A stretch of DNA of 60,325 nt, counting the filler, from Sphacelaria rigidula (Eukaryota), in NCBI GenBank assembly GCA_964200075.2. It is 4 parts of 4 records of this genome, joined end to end, with 100 filler letters (N's around TTAATTAATTAA, not from the genome) between each part and the next. Parts side by side here need not be neighbours in the genome. Positions count along the whole stretch, not along the records: positions 1 to 15,007 come from CAXNAA020001944.1; positions 15,108 to 30,114 come from CAXNAA020001945.1; 2 more parts are not named here. The stretch is one strand, 5' to 3'. The notes under the pieces are model-generated. The model ran no database searches. It worked only from the letters and a program-made list of their open reading frames with translations, and was not told the origin of the DNA. Shown here one piece after another: positions 11,855-21,991 of this stretch (position 1 is the stretch's first letter; every line of letters begins with the position of its first letter). A program made the translations under genes and the position numbers.

Positions 11855-12745
11855 GGTTCCACACGTGGGCAAATAGCACCCTGTAGGACGAGCTGCACAG
11901 GGTTCTCCACAGTCTTCGTGAAAGCCCCTGAGTAGCATTTGCAAAACGTAGTACCTGTAAAAGCATGTTGCATAGCGTTTTTGTCGAAACCCTGCAAGCA
12001 ACCCTGTGGAGAGGCCTTCCCGATTTGGAAAATTCCAAATTGTTTTGGTACAAAATCTGCAAATATATATATTTTGGAAATACTTCTCCTGCTCTCCGAG
12101 ATCAACTGAATCGGGCAAAAAGGAGTTTATCTCGGACAGCAGGAGAAGCTATTCAAAACAGATATTTTTTTCGCCCAATTCATTTGAGCAAAAAAAGGAT
12201 ATATTTCGAACAGCAGAAGAAGCTATTCGAAATAGATCATTTTTTCGCCCAATGTAAATGGGCGAAAAAAGGATATATTTCGAATAGCTTTTTCTGCTGC
12301 GCAAATCCCATGCACGCTGGCAGATTTGGAATTTGAACAGCAGAAGAAGCTCGAAATGAATCTTCTTTTGCCCTCCATTTCATCCGGAGATTGGGGAAAC
12401 AGAGGTTTTTTGCGAACAGCGTCAGCTGGGCATATCCCGCATACTGCCCCGTTATCAGCATATGGGATCCGACAGCATAAACAATTGTTGAAAATAATTC
12501 ATCCTTTTGCCCCCCGGTCCACGCACATGGGCTGAAGGATGAATAATGCTCAACAGCTTTTGCTGAATGGAGATCCGACACACTGATTACGATCGAGTGC
12601 ATGTCCACACGTCTACGAGTTTAGATACGACGCCTCTGCTCAAGACGTGGATAGTAGATCGACGGTATATACCTCGCATATCACTTCACATTGCTTTTGA
12701 AAACCCCGTGGTCCGCAGTCTACCAAAATCACTCAACCGAGTATG
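11855..12745 (-). repeat. Right arm of ~1 kb inverted repeat
   Basis: Reverse complement of ~1626-2595; contains repeated CAGCAGAAGAAGCT modules and internal hairpins. Confidence 0.85.
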
Positions 12746-14941
12746 CTTTTGTTTAGAGAGGTTTTTGTTTGATAGTTATTCAAAGCACAAAATAATTTCG
12801 TTTTAGATTAAACCAGGTAGCTTAACCCTTTGGGAACCCTCCCCTCCCGTCCCCGGTCCAGACGCCTCATTATTTCAAGTGCTGACAAAGAAGAAAAGAT
12901 GAAAAAAGAAAATACCGACGACAACCATTATTATGCCGGAAGGCCACAGAAGAATCCGCCGACATACGTCATGTTTGCATCAAAAATGTCGCCCCGGTGC
13001 GGTCGGGTTATTTTTTACCCAATCAGGGGACGCAGCTAAAACCAGCACCGCGCCCTCTAAATGGCAGATTACAAAAACCAGCACCTCCAGTCTATTTTCT
13101 TATCATTGCGTACCGTGTGCTACTTGGGCACAAAATTATAACGGTGACGCACCGACCGCAGTGCTGTTCTGATGCAATCTGGAGTTCGCACCCGCCCAAC
13201 ACTTGTCAAGCGTGCTAAGGTACATCACAGAAACAACGCAGTATGGCCGAGCATACAGAGATTCCGTCACCAGACGTAAAAGGATTGAGCTACGATGTTT
13301 ACGCAATTCACCGCCAGTTGGAAGCGGTTGCGGAAACGCAAGGGAAGGTGGCAGCACGGGTTTTTGCAGAGAAGGCAGCAAGAGTCGTCGGGGCAGCGCA
13401 TTGTCCCCCGACGCACACATCACCCCCCGCACGGCTCCCGGATGTCATCAACTTGGATGCCGCTAAGGAAAATGCCGCAGGACACTCGGGCCTGTGCGGG
13501 AAACACCAGGCGGCCATAATCGCGGCTGTTCGAACGGAGGACATCGAGAAAAACGGAAAGGAACCCACCGGAACAGCCTACCGCAACCAGGTGCGGAGAA
13601 TCGTACTACACCATGGTCGGTGCATGCAGTTAGGTAGAGTACAGCGTCGCGATGTGGCTTCAGTCTAACCCGTGGTGTAACACCCTCACATTGCAGACGA
13701 CCTTAGCCCATTAGAACACACGGTACACACACGATGGCCGCCAAGGTTGATCGGTCATACGCAGCACGGAGCATGCATTTGTAATCGTGATGAATGATGG
13801 ATCCGTACTACACACAAATGACGCAGGAAGTTTGTACAAACAGTAATACACATGCCATAGGACATCAGTGAAGAAGCTAATCACTACAGAGCAGAGGAGC
13901 AGCACCCCTGGCCCGGCGTAAAAGTGAACACCTTTGTGTGCCGCACACCGACGGTGCATAAATGTAGTGGATATGCCGAATGGGTCGTTCTTGTGGAACG
14001 ATCAATCTGCAGTATATGTGAGTGTTGCCGAAATGTATAGGGGAGACAGGTGGAAGATATGTTGCACACCCCGGGTACAGCGCAATACCATAGCATCCCA
14101 GCTGCTCCCCCGAGTGGTCGCCTTTTGCCGGAACACACCGACAGATATACTGACAGTGCACGACCCGGGGAAACTCACCGTGCGTGTCGCCGTTGTCGTC
14201 GTAACTGTTCCACAGGCGTGCTACGATGCGGCCAAAAGCATCAACTGCAAAGGGAGGGGAGTTCAAGTGCGGCGAGAGGAATGCTTCACGCAGGCTTGCC
14301 GTGCGCTCTGGCCCGGGGGCGAGCCTATGAGCGCCGTCATTCAGCACGCGTTTATGTAGGAAAATTCTAGTCACTGCGGCGGCTAACGGAGTAGTCTGGA
14401 ATTGAGAATGAGCAACACTGCAATTGCCGTTGTTGAGAGACCACAGCGGCATTAGAATTTAGGGTGTCTTCGTGTCTTTGTTTCCTAGCGCATTAGTGGA
14501 GTTTTGAGCAGGAAAACGCGTGCAGGAAAGGAGACAAAGCCTGCAGCGTTTCACGGCGGGCAGGGTTTATGTGCTGGATTTATGATTTGGGATGAGATTG
14601 TCGGTGAAGGCCACCACTGGCGGAGCGAGTGGCTGAAGATATGAGGCCCATGAAGGCGAACGTAGGTGACGGGGAGGCGCGGGAGGACGGGCGGTAGGTG
14701 GGGACAGGAAGCATGTGTTGTTCAAGTATGTGAGTGTACGATATGCATATGGTAAGGATAGGGAATCAGTAATGCTACATGTTCAACACGGAGAGCACAT
14801 CACAATGCAGTAATTCATGGCGTGATGCCACTGGGCGTGTTATCTGACGGTGCAGCCTTGTTGTGTTTATTGCTTCAAGCACTTTCCACCTTGATCCAAA
14901 CATGCAGTGAGCGCACGAACTCTACACTATTTTTCGTATCT

Positions 14942-15007
14942 GAGTCATCCTACCATAGGGGGGGGGGTATTTGGTTGCACGAGAAAAGAGGCTCATAAGT
15001 GTGTCAG
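14942..15007. mobile_element. Second copy of the GAGTCATCC MITE, cut by the contig end
   Basis: GAGTCATCCTACCATAGGGG...TATTTGGTTGCACGAGAAAAGAGGCTCATAAGTGTGTCAG matches the reverse complement of ~5056-5120. Confidence 0.8.
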
Positions 15008-15107
15008 NNNNNNNNNNNNNNNNNNNNNNNNNNNNNNNNNNNNNNNNNNNNTTAATTAATTAANNNNNNNNNNNNNNNNNNNNNNNNNNNNNNNNNNNNN
15101 NNNNNNN
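15008..15107. other. Artificial contig spacer
   Basis: N44-TTAATTAATTAA-N44. Confidence 0.98.
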
Positions 15108-15119
15108 GGGGGGGCAGAG

Positions 15120-15151
<32 letters not shown>

Positions 15152-15792
15152 TGAGAGAAAACATGTACGACGTACTCTGGTGCAGCGTGCTGTACATACG
15201 AGTAGGGTGCCAAAACCACCCGGACAATCATCACCCGGCAAGTGTTCGTTCATGGAGGGTGATATACAACGTACAGGAGATGAAGACCGTGGTCTCCGGC
15301 CAGCATATTTCCACCGTGCATGCGTTACCCACTCGAGAGGCTTTGCGCGAAACAGTCGCGCGTTGTGTTATGGTTTCTGTGACTCAAACGCCTTTTTCGC
15401 TTGTTCAAGGCACCAACACTCATCTCCTTCACAGTTCCCGGTTGAATTCTACTCGAATTACCTTTCCGATTTTTGGGTCGTTGCTTCACGTGAACAAAAA
15501 AAAGGATCAGTCTCCGATTCCAACTTGACAATAATGTCATGCATGTACCGTAATCATGGGCTTCCTGTAGAGCCCCACGGTGACTCCGCCCCCGCCCCAG
15601 AGGTCAGGAAGTCACCCAGAGGTCTGGAATTGTTCAGAAACCCGGGTATACCGCGGTAACTCCTAGTAATCAGCTGCCAGACGGTAACCAGAGCTCTAGA
15701 CCTGAAGTTGCTTCATGTGTCGAGAGTCATACAGCGTCATAGAGTGATAGGTGCAATCGACGTGAAAAAAATATCAACGGTTCGTGCGTGCC

Positions 15793-18700
15793 TGCGCGAA
15801 GCCTCCCACCCCAGGATCAAAGCCGTTGGACTGCCCATCTCCTGTAGGCTGCTGCTGGTCGTATGCACCCCCTCCATTGAAGTCCCCATTTCCGTAGTCT
15901 GCGCTTGTCCCGTAGTCACCACCCCCGAGGTCTTGGTAGGACCCCTGATCATTAACGGCAATGTTTGGAATATGAACAACTTAACAAACAAAAATCCCAA
16001 GGGCAGGACAGGATACACTACTTTCGGCAGTCGATCCCTTGCGTACCCGAAAGTTTTGGGTACTTCATGTACCCTGAAAATACAGGGTACCCTGGGGTAC
16101 GTATCGTATCCTCAGTACCTTTGAAGGTAAATGAGAGCAGGTCGGTTAGGGTACACCCGATATTGTGGTATTTTGAAAAGTGAAGATCCTACCCATGCCC
16201 ACAGCAGCAGCCAGCCCAGTGCTGCTGTTCTCTTCTCAAAAACGTCATAGGAGTCGGTGTGACTGCGTTGGTGAAGTGAGACTTTTCAAAAGAGCAACAC
16301 ACAAGACCGACCCTACCCGACGCCTCTCAATGTTTCGTACGTTGTGGGACTGCAGCTCGGGATCGGGAACTAGTTGTTAGACTGATGCCCATGTCCATGT
16401 ACTCGGTCTGTTCCTCTCTTTACTCTCTTTTGCGGCATATTGTCGCCCCTTTGTCAGGCTCTCCTGAAGCGAGTGCGTTCCGCTCACCAACCTTCGAGTG
16501 CGTCCAACTCGAGACAAAACTACGACCGGAATCTTAGTGAACCAGATATCATGCATTACAAACCCTTGCAACGTCCATGCATTCTATTTTGGATTGTCGT
16601 TCCAATGCTGCTCCGCCTGAGCATCATTTTTTTCACCTTGTCGTTCCTTTTCCCGCAAACGATGACAATTTTTCATCTTTCGATCGATTGGTTGATTGTC
16701 GCACATTACCCCATCTCCCAGGGATCCAGCCGCGCTCACATGATAAACATACACAAGATGTAATAATACATGAAACCCTGGACAATATATGGTCAATAGT
16801 TCAAGGGCCGGACGAATTAATGATTCGTCTGGATATCACTTGATTTTAGTGTTCTTGATTCGTACCGTACGAATCAATCCTTGGACTTTGTATTCAGCGT
16901 TGCAACCCAGGTACACGCAGCCCAGGCACCTGAAATGGCGCAAAAATTGCGTGGAGATCTTCTTGACCAGCGGTCAACTTTGCTTTTTTTTTTTTCCCAG
17001 TAATCAGACCTGGAAAATCGTGGATTTGATGATTCGAACCGGCGATGATTTGTCCGAACCGTGCAGTAGTTGCAATAGACAAAAATGTACTGCGTAATGT
17101 GTAGATCTATTGCAAGTAATGTCGACTGACAATAGTTGCAACAGTCCTGTACATGACGCAGTACATTTTTGTCTGCTGCAACTATTGACCTATATTGCCC
17201 AGGGTGTGCGCCGTACATGTGTATATAGAGTACTTCGACCGGGGTCTGCGCACTCAACCAGCACGTCATCAGGCCCAAGTACAGGCTCGACAAGCAAAAG
17301 CGATCGAAGCAATAGCTGAAACATGTACGTTACGTGGAGAGAGAAGTGCGAAAGTCGTTCTAGGGCAGCACGAGCTAGCGTGACAGGCTGCGAGCGATCG
17401 CCAAGAACCCCCAACGTGAATCTAGAACGAGGCCCATGGAGCTTGCATTCTCGAGCAAAAGTGGCGTGCGCAGGAATAGCTGGGCGTATTCTGTTGCATC
17501 TACCGTGGAGTGAGGTCGCACGCTCAATGCCATCAAGTCCTGCAATCAGTGAAGGATATCTCAGCCCACGTGCACTGCTGGCGTGGTTAATGCTCCTATT
17601 TCGATGTACTGAGACGGCAATTTGCTGCTGGCCACGGGATAACTATGACGCGTGGTATATACGGGGCTGAGATTTTTTCTACGCAGAGGTTGTATTTTCA
17701 TCAAAAACGACTATCCCGACCGGCCACCCTATATTTTCTGCAACTAACCTTCAATTAGAGGTTCGGGTGTCCTGAGGGTCGAACAACCCTGCGAAGTGTG
17801 TTATTCTCGGAACGGTTTCCTACACTTTTTTCAAGCGACTTCAAATTGACTTTTACAACACCAATTCCAACAAAAAAAAACTGGAAATATATTTCGAGTA
17901 ATGTTAGACTATGAGCGCAGCCGTGGCAACCGGCCAATGTAGCGATCAAGTACGGCAGTGGACATATAAAGATACATATACCTTGTCGTTTCATGACATT
18001 TCGAGGTACAGTGGTGTGCGGGTGTTGTTTCCCGTGCAGAGAAGACATTGGCTCGGTCCCATTCTAGTGTTACTTGAGGCGTGTCTTTGCACCATATTTT
18101 TCGATCGAAAATGTGCGGTGGAAACGGAAAACTCCGATCTGATAGGTCGTAATTTCAACTATCGTAGCTTATTTAGACGATGGTTGAAATCACGACCTAT
18201 CAGATCGGAGTTTTCCGTTTCCACCGCACATTTTCGATAAAAAATAATGTACAAAGACACGGCCTAAGGCTGTGGCCTGATGCGGTGTCTTCTCGAGACA
18301 AAAAAAAGCGGGAAGAGCAACAAGCGTCCAAAAGCATCATCTTGATCAGTCGCCGGGACCATAGACCCGCCCGGCGATCAATCAACAAGCTGCTTTTGGA
18401 CGGCCGTTATTTTCCTTCCCCGCTTCCACTTCTGGTTTCGATAAGACATGGCCTTACCGAGAGCAGGCAGTATCACGTTTTAAAAAAGAGAATCCAAGAA
18501 AGCGAGCGGGATTGCCTGTGGAACAGCTGCGAAGTTGTGGATTTTACATCAGGGCTGCTATGAACCCTGGGCCGCCCCAAAACAATGAAACACACACTTG
18601 TGTCTCCCTCTTTGTATCGGGCGTCAATTTTTTTCGGTCACGAGTGCATCCCCTCGTGAACAAAAAAGGATACCACGACTTGACCTCGATTATATCAGCA

Positions 18701-20678
18701 GATTCAACAGCTCGCCGACCATTGTACGCTGCCGCGACCAAGCACGACAGGGTACGATTTTTCCCAGTCACTGCCCCACCAAGTAAGCCGATTCTGTGAA
18801 GCCGGTACAAGGTATACTGCGGTGCCTAAAGTCGCTTTTATGTCCGACACTTTCATAACGGTACCCGACAGTTCTGTGAACTCTGAAGGACTTTCATACC
18901 CTTACCCGATAGGTCTATGAGTTCTGTAAGCCTCCCGTACCGTTACTGGGGGCACGGGGATATGTTCTTGATAAGATACCCGGTTGCGGGTACGGTTTTC
19001 TGTGCATCCTCCACACCTCGCCCGACAGTTATGTGAGTTCTGTAAATAATGTATGCCTGCACCCGGAGCGCGGGAATGCCCTTGAGAAAATACTCGATCG
19101 CCGGTACGGTTTTCTCTAAGTCTCCCATACCGTACCCAATAGGTTCTGTAATTTCTGTAAGACTGTCAAATCGGTACCCGACAACTTTGCAATCTCTGTA
19201 AGACTTTCATACTGGCACCCGATAGTTCCGTAAGTCTTGTAAGGAATTCCATGCCCTACAGAACACGACCTTGGGATTTTCCTTCGCAAATATATTCGTT
19301 GGTTTGAACGGGAGTAGGAAGTCTGAAAGTACGTGAATTCATGATGTCTTGGAGCAGTGAAAAGTGAGGTTATGCGGATTTTTCTCGACACCATAACGGC
19401 GTCGACCCACAATACAGGCAACAGCGAAAAGTTGGTGGGTACAGCTTTCAAACAATATTAGCTCGAGCTGCAAATCGCCGCCCCTACATTGCCAACAAAC
19501 CCAAGAGCATATGCTTCCGCCAGGCCATGATGTATTTTCCCTCATCGTCTCAGATACACTCGTAGTTTCCGCTGTAGAGCAGGTACAGCGTTCTCGACAC
19601 GAACATCGGGCGATGGAATCGTTGCCCAGCGTACGTGGGAAGCACATGCTGAGATATACGAACGAATCTCTCGGTGCTCCACGCCTACTCCCCTGCAGCG
19701 CTGCAGACCACGCACACGGTGTTCGGAGATTGAAACTAATACTTCAAACTTCTCTGACCCGCCACAAGCCTGAAGAAGAAAAGTTAAGAATTTCCCGATA
19801 GGCCGCAGACGGTAGACTAATTTGGGGCGAGGACCACGGATACGCCCTCTATTCGCCCCACCCCTCTACTCAACGATCATAAGTTACCGGGGTGCACGCG
19901 TTCTAGTGACTTGACCTCCACCACCTTCATGTCTTTCCGGACTGTACAGTAGAGTGTCGTTTTCGTGTGAGATGGGAACTTTTTATGTGTACCTTTTTGC
20001 ATGAATAAAAAAGGTGATTTGCAAACTCAAACTCCGCAGGGCGAGTCAATCCCACATGTCGTATGGCGTGGAAGACGAGAGCTGTAAATAGCACGGGTAC
20101 GATTGGTCGTGGCACGTCGGTGTGGGGTGCGCTTAGGAAAGCTGAAGCAAAGACGGCGGAACAATAGCGGAGAAACGCGGCTCATCGTCAGTACTGACTG
20201 TTGTATACAACGATAGTAAGGGACCAACATTCCGTGATCCAAACGAAGACACGAAGACACACGAAGAGAAACGCAAGGTTTACGGTGCAATCCAGTACAT
20301 GCCACGTGTTACCATAGCAAGGAACACTAGATGGGGGACTGTCGGTGACATCTTTGCAATACGTTTTCCTTACCGCGATGTTGGGTAAGCACGGTGTGAG
20401 CTTGGCGCTGCCCGCTGGCCAGCACAGAAGGCGCGGCCTGATCTATCCCAGAACAGCCGAGTACCGAACTATCCCTTTTCTTCCGTAGCAAAACTCGACA
20501 CAAAAACACAAAACTGAAGGGGTGAATCCTGCACAGCAATGGAGTACGGTACAGCACGGTACATCACACATACCTCGGGAGCCACTCCTAATACCTCTTC
20601 AGCACCAGCGACTCCATCGACCGGCTGTTGTTGCTGGTCTACCGGCCCGCCGGTAAAGAAATCGCCATCACCATCCAT
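15793..20678 (-). CDS. N-terminal two exons of an acidic Gly/Gln-rich protein, possibly clathrin light chain; 3'-partial
   Basis: Exon 1 (20678-20574) is MDGDGDFFTGGPVDQQQQPVDGVAGAEEVLGVAPE followed by a GTATG donor. Exon 2 starts at 15944 after TGATCAG in phase 0 and reads GSYQDLGGGDYGTSADYGNGDFNGGGAYDQQQPTGDGQSNGFDPGVGGFAQ, with the same composition. The identity is a guess from composition only. Confidence 0.55.
16773..17207. mobile_element. Hairpin MITE hosting the 16802-17063 insertion
   Basis: ACCCTGGACAATATATGGTCAATAGTT[insertion]GCAATAGACAAAAATGTACTGCG pairs with CGCAGTACATTTTTGTCTGCTGCAACTATTGACCTATATTGCCCAGGGT. Confidence 0.8.
16802..17063 (+). mobile_element. hAT-type MITE, 8-bp TSD
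   Basis: Termini CAAGGGCCGGACGAA and TTTGTCCGAACCGTG; flanks CAATAGTT and CAGTAGTT (7/8 match). Confidence 0.85.
18077..18265. repeat. ~190-bp near-perfect hairpin (Tourist/Harbinger-like MITE)
   Basis: CGAAAATGTGCGGTGGAAACGGAAAACTCCGATCTGATAGGTCG pairs with its exact reverse complement; ends AGGCGTGTCTTTG and CAAAGACACGGCCT, followed by AA. Confidence 0.85.
18790..19260. repeat. Degenerate ~36-bp modular repeat (CCGTACCCGACAGTTCTGTGAGTTCTGTAAGACTT-like)
   Basis: GTACCCGA.AG and TTCTGTAAGAC motifs recur; similar GTACCC-rich tracts at ~15560-15700 and ~16030-16160. Confidence 0.65.
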
Positions 20679-21991
20679 GGTCTATGGATTAAAGGGTTCT
20701 TTTCTTCTTCAACAATTTACGCAACAACGCACAAGCAGCACTACCCTGCTTTGCTCCCGATCCCTCTTCCTTGTCTCCAGGGTTAATGTGTATAGCTAGC
20801 GAAGTATACCTTTCTCTCCGTTAGAAATTGACGCACTTCTGTACAGCACTCGATAAGAGGTACAGGCCGCAAGAAACACCGAATATATGACATCAACCAA
20901 CAGAGCGTGCTCGCGTAAACAAAGTTGTTATTTACATAGATCGCGGTTGCTATTACCGTACTCTTTTCAGATTTTTCGCGGCCTTTTTGTTTGATTGTTC
21001 GCTGCGCAGCCCCCAGAGAAGCCGGTCCACGTTGCCGCCTCCAGGTGAGTTACGAGAGGTACCCTGTCAGTGCTCCGTTTTTCTTTGGGTTTTAGGTTCA
21101 TCCCGCGTTTAAGATGCAGTCTGAGTGCCCATGAATAATGATACGCCCAAGAACCCAGGACTTTCGTTTCAATCCGCAACGAGCCCACATAACGTTATTG
21201 TTACGCGACCCGCGAAGTGCTGCGTCGTATAATAGCACTCTAGTTGAGTACAGCTGCACTTTTCCTGTCTGCACGGGGTGTACCAGCTCTGGTGCCTGAT
21301 TCATCATCTAGCTCATCGTACATATTGCGCAAGTATGTGAGCCCTGCTGCAGTGTACTGTACGATTCTGTTGGTACTGTTGTCATGTCGTTGCAGTGTGA
21401 TAATGACGCCCGATCCTCACGGAACCTATGCGAATCAAAGTGATACAGTAGTTTTCGTTTACAGGGGCTGACGCTAGGTACGCCAGCGCTCAGGCCGGGA
21501 ATCAGGCTCTAACATTTCAATATTTCCAGTGCGAGATACACAACAGTAGCGCATCCGTTGCAATCCGTTTTTCATCCAAGGGGTTTGTGAGATCCCCGTG
21601 TTTGATGCTGCATCGTGCAGGGCCAGCAATATGTGTATATGCACACACGGGTGCCTCCCTAATTATGTGGGGGGCATCTATGTACTGTCTGTCCGTCACC
21701 AAAATATCCGAGCGTGATGCGCCGTCACTCAAACCAAGTATCTTTCAACCATGAAAGTTTGGCCACGGGCACGGTTAAACTCTTCCCTGATTTGGAGAAT
21801 TCGTGTATAGGTGCCCCTTCGACTGCTCCATGAACGGCGGTGGCACAGCAGCATAGCAGCCGCAGCCGCAGCAGCAGCCCTTCGTACACGTCGCTAACCA
21901 AGTATATGCCCGTTCATCGTGTGTGCACCCTGCTTGCCACTTTTTCTGAAAACACGGATGAATGCTTCGCAGACGGCGGGAGTGTAAGGAT

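Noticed and set aside
18790..19260. CRISPR-like periodicity
   Set aside because: Units are degenerate and abutting with no unique spacers, no cas genes, and the context is eukaryotic.
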